This document shows positions 1 through 8,084 of a stretch of 49,245 nt of DNA, one piece after another. Below the pieces are notes generated by a model, which saw nothing but the letters and a program-made list of their open reading frames with translations, was not told the DNA's origin and made no database searches. The stretch is from Candidatus Daviesbacteria bacterium. GTDB lineage: Bacteria > Patescibacteriota > Microgenomatia > Daviesbacterales > UBA10151. A program made the translations under genes and the position numbers. Where the stretch lies: the NCBI GenBank assembly GCA_028712705.1, contig JAQTPP010000004.1, positions 1-49,245 of the forward strand, written 5' to 3'. Numbering within the stretch: position 1 is the stretch's first letter; every line of letters starts with the position of its first letter.

Positions 1-99
1 TCCCGGCTCACACTAGTTGTAGATGAATTCCTAAACAGATACCATTACCATAGACCACATATTGGCTTAGGTATGAAGCCACCTTTAGAAAGAAGTTAG
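1..99 (+). mobile_element. 3' end of a DDE transposase/integrase gene (rve-type C-terminus), cut by the window edge
   Basis: Frame 1 reads SRLTLVVDEFLNRYHYHRPHIGLGMKPPLERS then TAG at 97-99. The Y-x-x-x-RPH-x-x-LG-x-x-PP tail is typical of IS3/IS481-like integrase cores. Confidence 0.6.
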
Positions 100-109
100 T
101 GTCGGATAT

Positions 110-1090
110 TTACGGAAACATACCGGAACTGATTATCCTTTTTAATTTTTGTTGATATTTGGAGAGGATTTCGTTCCTGCAATCTTGGGGATGGAAATAG
201 ACCGCCCCGTCTTCTATTCGTTCCATACCCTGCGGCTGTTTCATAATCTTAAGCTGCCATCTTTTCGCAAAATCTTCCAAATAATTAACAATAAGGGTAG
301 CGAAGTCACGAGCAGTCAAAAAATGTTGAAGATTTTGGGCTGATTTTCTTAATGACTGAAGATAACGGTCTTCCACAAAATTCTCACAAGTGAGCAAGTC
401 TCTACCGTGCGAGCGTTTTTTTGCGCCGCGACGAGCTACCATAACACCAATCCAGTTTGGTAAAAATTTAAAAGCCCATTCATTATCCTCTAGGTATTTA
501 GAATAAATTCCACCCCTTTGCCATAAAACCTTCATTTGTAATACTTCATGTGCGACAAAGATATCTTTACTCTGTTGCTCCAATCTATCTTCTTCGAGTA
601 AGATGTTAATACAAAGTTTCCCGGCAATTTTTCTCCCCTTTTCCCCAACTTTTCTCCGTTGTCCTGTCAAAGACAATAACCCCAATGCCAGTAACCTGCT
701 GATCCATAAACGATTTTTACTGGTAACAATTAATAAATCTATATCATCGCTTTTCCCGGCGTTTTTCATAGCCAAAGCCCCGGATACTCCTACCAGTTTA
801 ATCCAGGGGATTAACTTTAAAATTTGACAAAGAATTTTTGCTTTCTGAAAGTAACTGGCAGATTGCTTTTCTCTTCTTTTTCTTTTACCTACCAACCCAG
901 GTTTTCTGGGCAAAAAATAATATCCACCTTGCGCTTTGCACCTTGCGCTTTGCACTAACTCCCCAACTGCTTTCTCTATCTGCCTTAATGTCGCCTTCCT
1001 CCCAATTAACCATTTATGAATTTCCCGTAAACTCAGTGGGTAATCAAAAATGTCAGCATAAGCTAAAGTTTTTAGAATAGCCTTTTCCAT
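110..1090 (-). CDS. Pol-beta-superfamily nucleotidyltransferase-like protein (hypothetical)
   Basis: 326-aa ORF. GVSGALAMKNAGKSDDIDLLIV matches the hG[GS]-x(9-13)-D-x-D minimal NTase motif. No other domain recognised. Confidence 0.45.
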   Translation of the reverse strand: MEKAILKTLAYADIFDYPLSLREIHKWLIGRKATLRQIEKAVGELVQSARCKAQGGYYFLPRKPGLVGKRKRREKQSASYFQKAKILCQILKLIPWIKLVGVSGALAMKNAGKSDDIDLLIVTSKNRLWISRLLALGLLSLTGQRRKVGEKGRKIAGKLCINILLEEDRLEQQSKDIFVAHEVLQMKVLWQRGGIYSKYLEDNEWAFKFLPNWIGVMVARRGAKKRSHGRDLLTCENFVEDRYLQSLRKSAQNLQHFLTARDFATLIVNYLEDFAKRWQLKIMKQPQGMERIEDGAVYFHPQDCRNEILSKYQQKLKRIISSGMFP

Positions 1091-1126
1091 GGTGCTAATT
1101 TATCACAAAATGTATAATATTGCCTT

Positions 1127-2101
1127 ATGCTTAAATTTGAGGACAACTATCCGCTAAATAAAATTACCACCTTACAAATTGGTGGTCCTGCCAGAAAATT
1201 TGTCAAAGTTAAAACAGATGAAGAATTAATAAAAGCCATAAAATATGCCAAAGATCAATTAATGCCTTATCTGATAATTGGCGGCGGCAGCAACTTACTA
1301 GTTTCTGATGAAGGGTTCGACGGTTTAGTCATCAAAAATGAAATCACTGGTAGTATCTCCACCTCGAAGGTGGGCTTTGACTCCTTCGAGGTGAGTACTA
1401 AAAGCGGAACTCCTTTACAAGATCTTGTTGATTACACCATAGCTCACGGATTATCTGGCTTACAAAAACTCACTGGGATTCCGGGAACTATTGGTGGAGC
1501 AGTTTATGGTAATGCCGGGGCATACGGCCAAACCATCAGCGGCCATCTCTCAAACATTGTCATTCTGGCTTGTCCAGAATCTGATTCTGGATGCGCTTCG
1601 CTTACCAGAATGACACTGTCTAAAAGAGACTGTAACTTTAATTATCGGGACAGTATCTTTAAGAAAACCCATGACATTATTTTAGAAGTAATTTTCCAGC
1701 TTGAATTAGGTGATCCGAAAATCTTACAACAGGAAACTCAAGATATTTTAGCTAAGCGTTTAGTTAAATATCCGCCCGGCATAAAATGCCCCGGATCTTT
1801 TTTCAAAAATATTATAGCTACCAGCTTACCACAAGAAATCTTACAGAAAATTCCCCCAGAAAAAATTATCTATGGAAAATTACCTGCCGCAGCGCTCCTT
1901 GAACAAGTGGGCGCTAAAGGACAGAAACTTGACGGGATAGAAATCGCCACCTATCATGCCAATTTATTTATTAATAAGGGTCATGGATCAGCCAAAGCTT
2001 TTTATAATTTGGCCAAAAAATACGCCAAGAAGGTAAAAGAAAAATTCGGCATCACCTTAGAACCCGAAGTCCAGCTAATCAATTTACCAACCTTAATATA
2101 A
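1127..2101 (+). CDS. murB: UDP-N-acetylenolpyruvoylglucosamine reductase
   Basis: N-terminal FAD-binding pattern (LQIGGPA, IGGGSNLLVSDEGFDGLVI), GIPGTIGGAVYGNAGAYG, NFNYRDSIFK, and C-terminal MurB-like EPEVQLI. Carries two palindromic insertions (see repeats). Confidence 0.9.
   Translation: MLKFEDNYPLNKITTLQIGGPARKFVKVKTDEELIKAIKYAKDQLMPYLIIGGGSNLLVSDEGFDGLVIKNEITGSISTSKVGFDSFEVSTKSGTPLQDLVDYTIAHGLSGLQKLTGIPGTIGGAVYGNAGAYGQTISGHLSNIVILACPESDSGCASLTRMTLSKRDCNFNYRDSIFKKTHDIILEVIFQLELGDPKILQQETQDILAKRLVKYPPGIKCPGSFFKNIIATSLPQEILQKIPPEKIIYGKLPAAALLEQVGAKGQKLDGIEIATYHANLFINKGHGSAKAFYNLAKKYAKKVKEKFGITLEPEVQLINLPTLI
1360..1393. repeat. Perfect 11-bp inverted repeat CACCTCGAAGG / CCTTCGAGGTG (12-nt loop) inside murB
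   Basis: Read directly at 1360-1370 and 1383-1393. Encodes STSKVGFDSFEVS. Same stem family as 16477-16516 in tsaD. Confidence 0.85.
1559..1614. repeat. Palindromic MITE/RPE-like element inside murB (termini GTCATTCTGG ... CCAGAATGAC)
   Basis: Alternating ATTCTGG/CCAGAAT arms. The first ~33 nt are nearly identical to the copy at 19384-19440 in valS. Translated as VILACPESDSGCASLTRM. Confidence 0.85.
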
Positions 2102-2416
2102 TTTTTCCTCATTAAATAGTGGCCAGATTTCTATGGGAACCTCTTCGTAAGGATGAACTCTTTTAATAGCTGCTACTACATCTTTTACTTTCTCTTTTTG
2201 GCAAATCACTTCAATCATTTCTTCCTCCACTTCCTCCGGTCTGCCAACTTCGCCAATGGCAGGATGAGCATTCTTACTGGCAGTAAACCTACCAACGCCT
2301 TTGACTGAAAAAGAAGTATGGTGATAATTTCCCAACATTCCTGCTCCGGCATCCCCCATAACTTGCCTTATTTTGGAAGCAGATTCAACTGGAACAAATG
2401 TCACAATTTTATACAT
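2093..2416 (-). CDS. Small COG3323-type protein (NIF3-insert / PII-like fold family)
   Basis: 107 aa. MYKIVTFVP..A..IR.....AGAG..GNY.H.SF...G.G.F....A.P..G......E.E..IE pattern typical of this family. Confidence 0.5.
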   Translation of the reverse strand: MYKIVTFVPVESASKIRQVMGDAGAGMLGNYHHTSFSVKGVGRFTASKNAHPAIGEVGRPEEVEEEMIEVICQKEKVKDVVAAIKRVHPYEEVPIEIWPLFNEEKLY

Positions 2417-2418
2417 TT

Positions 2419-2640
2419 TTATAACAACTTCTTTAATTCTTCCGGTTTAATTTTAGTCTGTCTTAAAATCGCTCTCAGCGTACCTGTTGGAATAGGCCTG
2501 GGATGAATGGAAACAGAAGTAAATCTGCCATCTGGATGTTTGAGATAAACATGACTTCCGGTTTGATGATCTTTCATAAATCCGTTTTTGAGAAGCGCTT
2601 TGAATAAATCTTTTGGTCTAATTTGTGGTAAATTACTCAT
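2419..2640 (-). CDS. hicA: HicA-family mRNA interferase toxin
   Basis: 73 aa. KDLFKALLKNGF...QTGSHVYLKHPDGRFTSVSIHPRPIPTGTLRAILRQ is the YcfA/HicA signature. 4-nt overlap with the upstream partner. Confidence 0.85.
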   Translation of the reverse strand: MSNLPQIRPKDLFKALLKNGFMKDHQTGSHVYLKHPDGRFTSVSIHPRPIPTGTLRAILRQTKIKPEELKKLL

Positions 2641-2918
2641 CCCACCATTACTTGATAATTTTGTCCAGAACTTTCAATTGATACTTTTGTAGACATAATG
2701 AGCTCCTCAAAGGTGTTTTCCTGAGGAACATCTATACCATCTTTTAAAAGACATTCTATATGAAATTTAATTAAAGAACGGATGTTTTTAATAGCCTGAT
2801 CAATAGAATCAGCGTAATCTGCTAAACCTAAGGTTGGACAATAGGCATTATAGACTAATTTTTTGCCCATTTTTTCTGGTTCAATAATAATTCTGTAATT
2901 TAAAACTTGTTTTTGCAT
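2637..2918 (-). CDS. hicB: HicB-family antitoxin (UPF0150 fold)
   Basis: 93 aa. YRIIIEPE....VYNAYCPTLG....ADSIDQAIKNIRSLIKFHIECLLKDGIDVP is a typical HicB N-domain. Overlaps hicA. Confidence 0.75.
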   Translation of the reverse strand: MQKQVLNYRIIIEPEKMGKKLVYNAYCPTLGLADYADSIDQAIKNIRSLIKFHIECLLKDGIDVPQENTFEELIMSTKVSIESSGQNYQVMVG

Positions 2919-2936
2919 ATGAGTATTTTAACATAT

Positions 2937-3134
2937 TTATTCATCTAATTTACGAGCTTCATTTAAGCCTTCTTCATTAAATTCAGTTGACAAGAAAGTA
3001 TCTATCCATTTTTCAGAAGGTAAGTCGCCTAAAGTACCCAAAAGCACCAGTTGGTGTCCCTGGGATTTCAAGTAATCCACCACAAAATCAGTCAGTCTGT
3101 TCCTTTCGTCTGAGGCAACTACAAATTTTATCAT
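2937..3134 (-). pseudogene. rpiB: Internally deleted relic of ribose-5-phosphate isomerase B (65-aa intact ORF)
   Basis: N-terminus MIKFVVASDERN..L...VVDYLKSQGH resembles RpiB MKIAIASDHAG. C-terminus KWIDTFLSTEFNEEGLNEARKLDE resembles the RpiB tail W.VDTFLST.FDGGRHERR..KIDE. About 75 central residues, including the catalytic region, are missing. Confidence 0.6.
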
Positions 3135-4444
3135 TATCTTCCGCTCGGAGCAGGTGCAGGTTTTATATATTTATCCAATACTTGCTTTGCACCCTTATCG
3201 ACTGTTTGTAAAGCTGTCTGAGGATCAATCCCTGCCAAAGTAGCATTAATCCCGTCTTCAAAATATTTAATCATCTCGTCATTAATCCCATTATCAAAGG
3301 TATTTGAAGCAAGATACCAGAATTTATAACTTGGGCCTTGAGAAACAAAAGCTCCAACTATCGGATCTTGAGACAATTCTGCCGACAAGCTTACTTGCGA
3401 GTACGGCTCACCAAATAATCTTATCTTTGCAGCTTCCTGGTAAACCAACTTCTCAGCTTCCGTAGAAGTTAAATATTTAACAAATTTCCAAGCCTCGGAT
3501 GTGTTTTTGGATTTGGCAGATACTACAACGCCCCAAAATGTAGCCCAAGACACAACTTTTCCGGACAGCTGCGGCACCGGCACAACTTTAAATTTTAAGT
3601 TTGGATTTGCTACTCTTAACTCATGCGCCCTCCAGGAAGGCGCAAAGTAAAAACCTAACCTGCCTTGAGCAAACATATCCGTGGATTTCGGCAAATTCAC
3701 ATCCCATGTCTTTCTTCTCGGATCAGTTACAAAACCTGTGTAAAATCGCAATACTTCTGTCACCTGAGGCGTTACCAGGTTGTTTAAATCAACAGTTGGT
3801 TGCTGCAAAAGTAAAAGCCCTAAAATATCAGACCAATGATCAACATTGCCGGCTGTCCCTATGGCCGCACCGGCAGTTTGTATACCGCTTGCGTCCTTCA
3901 CCGTCATTTTGGTTGCCGAATCTATGAATTCCTGCCAGTTTTTTGGAGGTTTACCTCCCACCCCATTTAATATATCTTCATTATAAAAAAGAGCCAATCC
4001 GTCTATCCCCATAGGCGCGCCATAAATCTGATTGCCGCTGACAAAGCTATCGCTGACTACCGGGTAAAACATATTTTTGTAATCTACCGGAGTGAACAAT
4101 TCCGACGGAACAGAGGCTAAATCTGTTTGAAACATTGGCAACCAGGAGTTATGAATCATGAAAACATCCGGTCCAATGCCTTCCCTGATTTGTGTCTGGA
4201 CCCTGGTTCTATAATTTATCGATGACTCTCGTTCGTACTTGACAGAAACATTCGGATGTTGTTTTTGATATTCGGCAATCAACGGTTTAATCAGATTCTC
4301 ATCTTCCCAAAGCCCCCAAAAAGTAAGCGTAATTGGACCTTGGGTTTTGGGTTTATTAAAAAGTGTGATGCTCGGCCCGAATTTCCAAAATAAAAATCCT
4401 AAAACTATACTCAAGGAAAGGACAATAATTATAATTTTTTTCAT
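3134..4444 (-). CDS. ABC-transporter extracellular solute-binding protein (family 1, sugar type), orphan
   Basis: N-terminal TM/signal anchor, LTFWGLWEDE...IAEYQKQHPNVSVKYE, and periplasmic binding-protein-like length and pattern. No permease or ATPase genes nearby. Confidence 0.8.
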   Translation of the reverse strand: MKKIIIIVLSLSIVLGFLFWKFGPSITLFNKPKTQGPITLTFWGLWEDENLIKPLIAEYQKQHPNVSVKYERESSINYRTRVQTQIREGIGPDVFMIHNSWLPMFQTDLASVPSELFTPVDYKNMFYPVVSDSFVSGNQIYGAPMGIDGLALFYNEDILNGVGGKPPKNWQEFIDSATKMTVKDASGIQTAGAAIGTAGNVDHWSDILGLLLLQQPTVDLNNLVTPQVTEVLRFYTGFVTDPRRKTWDVNLPKSTDMFAQGRLGFYFAPSWRAHELRVANPNLKFKVVPVPQLSGKVVSWATFWGVVVSAKSKNTSEAWKFVKYLTSTEAEKLVYQEAAKIRLFGEPYSQVSLSAELSQDPIVGAFVSQGPSYKFWYLASNTFDNGINDEMIKYFEDGINATLAGIDPQTALQTVDKGAKQVLDKYIKPAPAPSGR

Positions 4445-4498
4445 AAATTAGTTCACCGTCTCCTTTTCAATTATACCCTAATCCGATACAATAGCGGG

Positions 4499-6262
4499 GT
4501 GGGCAAGCCTAAAAAAAATTCTCACTTCTGTTTTGCAAAATTCCGTCTTATAAATACAGATCTATTGCCTGTTTTTCTTTCTGTTATCCTATCGTCCTTA
4601 ATTCTTGTAACCTACCACGTTAGTTTAGCGGATAAATTTTTACCGCTGACTTTCGTTGGAGATACTAATATTTCCCTGTTGACAAAAGGCCAGGCTATCA
4701 GAAAAGTGCAATCCGTTTTCCAGAAAAGAACCAACCAAAAGTTGCAATTTTCTTTCGCCCAGGGTTCGTTTACTGTCGATCTTGCAACCGCATCTGCCAG
4801 TATAGACTACTCCGTACTGGATGAAAATTTCAAAAACAGCCACAAAAATTCATTGATTCTTTTTACTTCGTCAAAGATGTTCCCCAACATTACCTTATCT
4901 TTAGATAAACAGCTGGATAATATCGCCAACGCCGTTTATCAAAAACCCCAAAACGCAGAACTCATTTTTGATGAAACATTAAATCCGGAAGGAAGCCCTT
5001 CTGCTCGCATTCAAATCAAAGAATCGGGAAATGGCATGGAACTAGACAAAGGTAAAATCCTGCAAGAAATACAGAATTTTCTACTAAACGGAAAGTACGA
5101 GCCTCAATTACCTATTCAGGTTGTCCCCCCAAAAATTACCACAGGTCATGTAATCCGCGCCAAAGAAATTTTGGAAGCTACCGTGAAAGAACCTATCAAA
5201 TTAGTTTTTGATAGCAACACCTGGATATTAGACACCAAACAGCTTTTAACTTTATTGGACCTTCAAACAGGTGAGTTGCTTTTGGATAAGGATAAAACCT
5301 CCCTCTACCTTAATACAATTGCCCGGGATATTGACCAACAAGTCCAGGAAGGCTTGTTTGAATTTAATCCAAATACAAAAAGGGTGGTGGCTTTTCGTCC
5401 GTCCCAGCAAGGTCAAAAGCTTGATCAAGAAAAAACATACCAGATGATAACTGATGCTTTAAGTAATCCGACAGGAAGCGAATCAAAAACCATTCAATTG
5501 CCGGTTAATACTATCAAACCCAAAATCCAAACCCAGGATGTGAATAGTTTAGGTATCAAAGAACTCTTGGGAGAGGGCATTTCCAATTTTGCCGGTTCTA
5601 TCCAAAATAGGATTTATAACATTAACTTAACCGCCTCAAAATTAAATGGGGTACTGGTTCCCCCCGGAGAAACTTTCTCTTTTAACGCCACTGTCGGAGA
5701 CATTACCGCTGCCACCGGTTTTAAACAGGCCTATGTAATTAAAGAAGGCAGGACAGTTTTAGATGATGGAGGCGGAGTTTGTCAGGATTCAACCACCCTT
5801 TTCCGGGCAGCGTTAAATGCCGGACTGCCGGTAGTTAAAAGGACTGCCCATGCATACAGGGTGGGATACTATGAGCAGGGTTTCCCTCCGGGCCTGGATG
5901 CCACTGTTTTTTACCCGTCTGTTGATTTCCAGTTTAAAAATGATGCCCCTGCCCATATTTTAATCCAGGCATATACTTCAGGTTTAACTTTATATATTGA
6001 TCTGTATGGAACATCTGACGGAAGAGTGGTCAGTTTAACAAAACCCGCAGTCACAAACCAGACTCCTCCACCGCCTGACCTTAGACAGGATGATCCGACA
6101 TTACCCCGCGGCACTGTTAAACAAGTAGACTGGTCGGCCTGGGGAGCCAATGTTTCATTTAAAAGAACTGTGACAAGAGGCGGTGAAACCATTATCAATG
6201 AAACCTGGAAATCTTCCTTCAAACCCTGGCAAGCAGTATATCTTGTGGGAACTAAGGATTAA
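4499..6262 (+). CDS. VanW-family protein with C-terminal G5-like domain
   Basis: GETFSFNATVG....GF..AYVI..G......GGGVCQDSTTLFRAALNAGLPVV.R..H is the VanW core. C-terminal PRGTVKQVDW...G..V.FKRTV.RGGE is G5-like. GTG start. Confidence 0.85.
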   Translation: MGKPKKNSHFCFAKFRLINTDLLPVFLSVILSSLILVTYHVSLADKFLPLTFVGDTNISLLTKGQAIRKVQSVFQKRTNQKLQFSFAQGSFTVDLATASASIDYSVLDENFKNSHKNSLILFTSSKMFPNITLSLDKQLDNIANAVYQKPQNAELIFDETLNPEGSPSARIQIKESGNGMELDKGKILQEIQNFLLNGKYEPQLPIQVVPPKITTGHVIRAKEILEATVKEPIKLVFDSNTWILDTKQLLTLLDLQTGELLLDKDKTSLYLNTIARDIDQQVQEGLFEFNPNTKRVVAFRPSQQGQKLDQEKTYQMITDALSNPTGSESKTIQLPVNTIKPKIQTQDVNSLGIKELLGEGISNFAGSIQNRIYNINLTASKLNGVLVPPGETFSFNATVGDITAATGFKQAYVIKEGRTVLDDGGGVCQDSTTLFRAALNAGLPVVKRTAHAYRVGYYEQGFPPGLDATVFYPSVDFQFKNDAPAHILIQAYTSGLTLYIDLYGTSDGRVVSLTKPAVTNQTPPPPDLRQDDPTLPRGTVKQVDWSAWGANVSFKRTVTRGGETIINETWKSSFKPWQAVYLVGTKD

Positions 6263-6362
6263 ACAGCCAAAAATGTTAGACTTTTGTGTACGAAACACAA
6301 CCTCCAAAAATCAGGAAAGATAGAATAATTTATATATTTATAACTGATTAAAAATCAATAAA

Positions 6363-7100
6363 TCATTGAAGCTTTTTAAGATCCACCCTATCTCCGCTAG
6401 CATTTATAGACAGTTTAAACAAATTATGTCTCAAATACCCATTATCTTTAAGGAGGTAAATATAATAACTAAATTCTTCTTCACCCATTGGTCCAGCTAA
6501 AATTATCCATTTAAAATCACATTTTTTTAGAAAATCTCTAATCTCATTTGGATTAAAATTGCCTACTGCGTTACAAAATATAAACAAGTAAGATCCTTCA
6601 GCGTAGCGATTGCCCTTCTTTTTACGTTTCAACGCGTCCTTGATTCCTTCTGTTACTTTCTCATCCCAGGTCTCCTCATATATGTAAACTTGTTCTATTC
6701 GGTAATAAGTTCTAGTTTTAATATTTACTACTACACCGTCATCGTATTCTTGATTAAGAATAGCTGGTGCATAAGAGGATTTGTGCAACTTACTAAAAAA
6801 TAATGATAAAATTACTAAACCTAAATGCTCACGCAAGCTTAAGTTACCATCAATTTTTTTACTATTTTTCAATTGACCAATCCTTAATTTGGGAACAAGA
6901 AAATTAGCAAAGCAATCTTCCAATGAGGCTTTTGTCATCAAATAGAATTCTTCTTTCATAGAGGTTTTAAACTTAAATTTTAGCATCATTACCCCGAAAA
7001 TTTTCGTATTCTGCAACTCCAAGAGTTTCAAATTATCAATCCGGTATTTTTTAACCCTCTTTTTTAATCTCTTCCGGAAGCTTTGCTTAAAACTGTCCAC
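6363..7100 (-). CDS. Hypothetical protein, very AT-rich. The true start may be the internal ATG near 6989.
   Basis: 245-aa ORF with a GTG start. The first ~15 codons lie in a direct repeat that recurs at 7982-8030, so the N-terminus is doubtful. No motif recognised with confidence. Confidence 0.4.
   Translation of the reverse strand: MDSFKQSFRKRLKKRVKKYRIDNLKLLELQNTKIFGVMMLKFKFKTSMKEEFYLMTKASLEDCFANFLVPKLRIGQLKNSKKIDGNLSLREHLGLVILSLFFSKLHKSSYAPAILNQEYDDGVVVNIKTRTYYRIEQVYIYEETWDEKVTEGIKDALKRKKKGNRYAEGSYLFIFCNAVGNFNPNEIRDFLKKCDFKWIILAGPMGEEEFSYYIYLLKDNGYLRHNLFKLSINASGDRVDLKKLQ
7043..7092. repeat. Left copy of a ~45-nt imperfect direct repeat bracketing the Bro-N/DinD-like gene
   Basis: GGTATTTTTTAACCCTCTTTTTTAATCTCTTCCGGAAGCTTTGCTTAAA versus GGTATTTTTATCCCTCTTTTTTAATCTCTTCCGGAATCTTTCTAAAG at 7982-8030. 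25 nt are identical (7055-7079 = 7993-8017). Confidence 0.85.
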
Positions 7101-7140
7101 CCCGTTGACTTTTGGGTATTATTTGGTTTAGAGTAAAACT

Positions 7141-7968
7141 ATGACAGGCGAAATTACTAAAATTGCAATCTTCAGGCAAAAAGAAATCCGGAAAATAATT
7201 CATAAAAATGAATGGTGGTTTTCAATCATTGATATAATTGAGGCACTCACGAGAACCGACCGTCCAAGAAAATATTGGAGCGACCTAAAGAAAAAACTTG
7301 TTAATGAAGGATATTCTGAGGTGTCCGAAAAAATCGGACAACTGAAATTAGAAGCACCAGATGGGAAAAAATATCTAACAGATTGTGCAAACACGGAAAC
7401 TATGTTTCGAATAGTCCAATCAGTCCCCTCTCCTAAAACAGAACCTCTTAAGCGTTGGCTTGCAAGAGTGGGTTTTGAACGGATACAAGAGATCGAAGAC
7501 CCAGAACTTGCCCAAAAAAGAGCCAGGGCATTATATAAAGCAAAAGGGTATCCGGATGAATGGATTGAAAGACGAATGAGGGGTATTGCCATTCGTGAAG
7601 AATTAACTAATCAGTGGCAGAAGCATGGGGTAGAAAAACCAAAGGAATACGAGATTCTTACTGCGGAAATATCCAAAGCCACATTTGGTGTTACTCCAAC
7701 GGAATATAAGAAACTAAAGAGATTAAAGAGAGAAAACCTACGAGATCACATGAATGACTTAGAATTACTATTTTCTCAACTTGGTGAAGCTGCTACAACT
7801 GAAATTACCAAGACAGAACATCCTAAGGGTTTTGATGAGAATAAACCTGTTTCCAGACGCGGTGGGAAAATTGCCGGCGATGCAAGAAGAAAACTTGAAA
7901 TTGAAACAGGACGAAAAGTTATCAGCCAATTAAATTATTTACCCGAAGAGCAAAAGAAATTAAAATAA
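7141..7968 (+). CDS. Bro-N domain / DNA-damage-inducible protein D (DinD)-like protein
   Basis: 275 aa. F....IR.....NEWWFSIIDIIEALT......KYWSDLKKKL is the Bro-N pattern. The remainder resembles DinD-family proteins. Confidence 0.7.
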   Translation: MTGEITKIAIFRQKEIRKIIHKNEWWFSIIDIIEALTRTDRPRKYWSDLKKKLVNEGYSEVSEKIGQLKLEAPDGKKYLTDCANTETMFRIVQSVPSPKTEPLKRWLARVGFERIQEIEDPELAQKRARALYKAKGYPDEWIERRMRGIAIREELTNQWQKHGVEKPKEYEILTAEISKATFGVTPTEYKKLKRLKRENLRDHMNDLELLFSQLGEAATTEITKTEHPKGFDENKPVSRRGGKIAGDARRKLEIETGRKVISQLNYLPEEQKKLK

Positions 7969-7981
7969 TGTTTCTTTGAAG

Positions 7982-8030
7982 GGTATTTTTATCCCTCTTT
8001 TTTAATCTCTTCCGGAATCTTTCTAAAGAC
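7982..8030. repeat. Right copy of the direct repeat bracketing the DinD-like gene
   Basis: See 7043-7092. Confidence 0.85.
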
Positions 8031-8046
8031 AAACTTCCCTGTCTTT

Positions 8047-8074
8047 ACGATATACGATAAACAATATACGATAT
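8047..8074. repeat. Heptamer tandem array (ACGATAT/ACGATAA/ACAATAT/ACGATAT) immediately upstream of the PfkB kinase gene
   Basis: Four consecutive 7-nt units read directly. TATACT at 8072-8077 lies 7 nt before the ATG at 8085. Confidence 0.7.
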
Positions 8075-8084
8075 ACTAACTTAG

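Noticed and set aside
7200-7592. 130-aa ORF on the minus strand
   Set aside because: Antisense to the Bro-N/DinD-like gene. No independent support.
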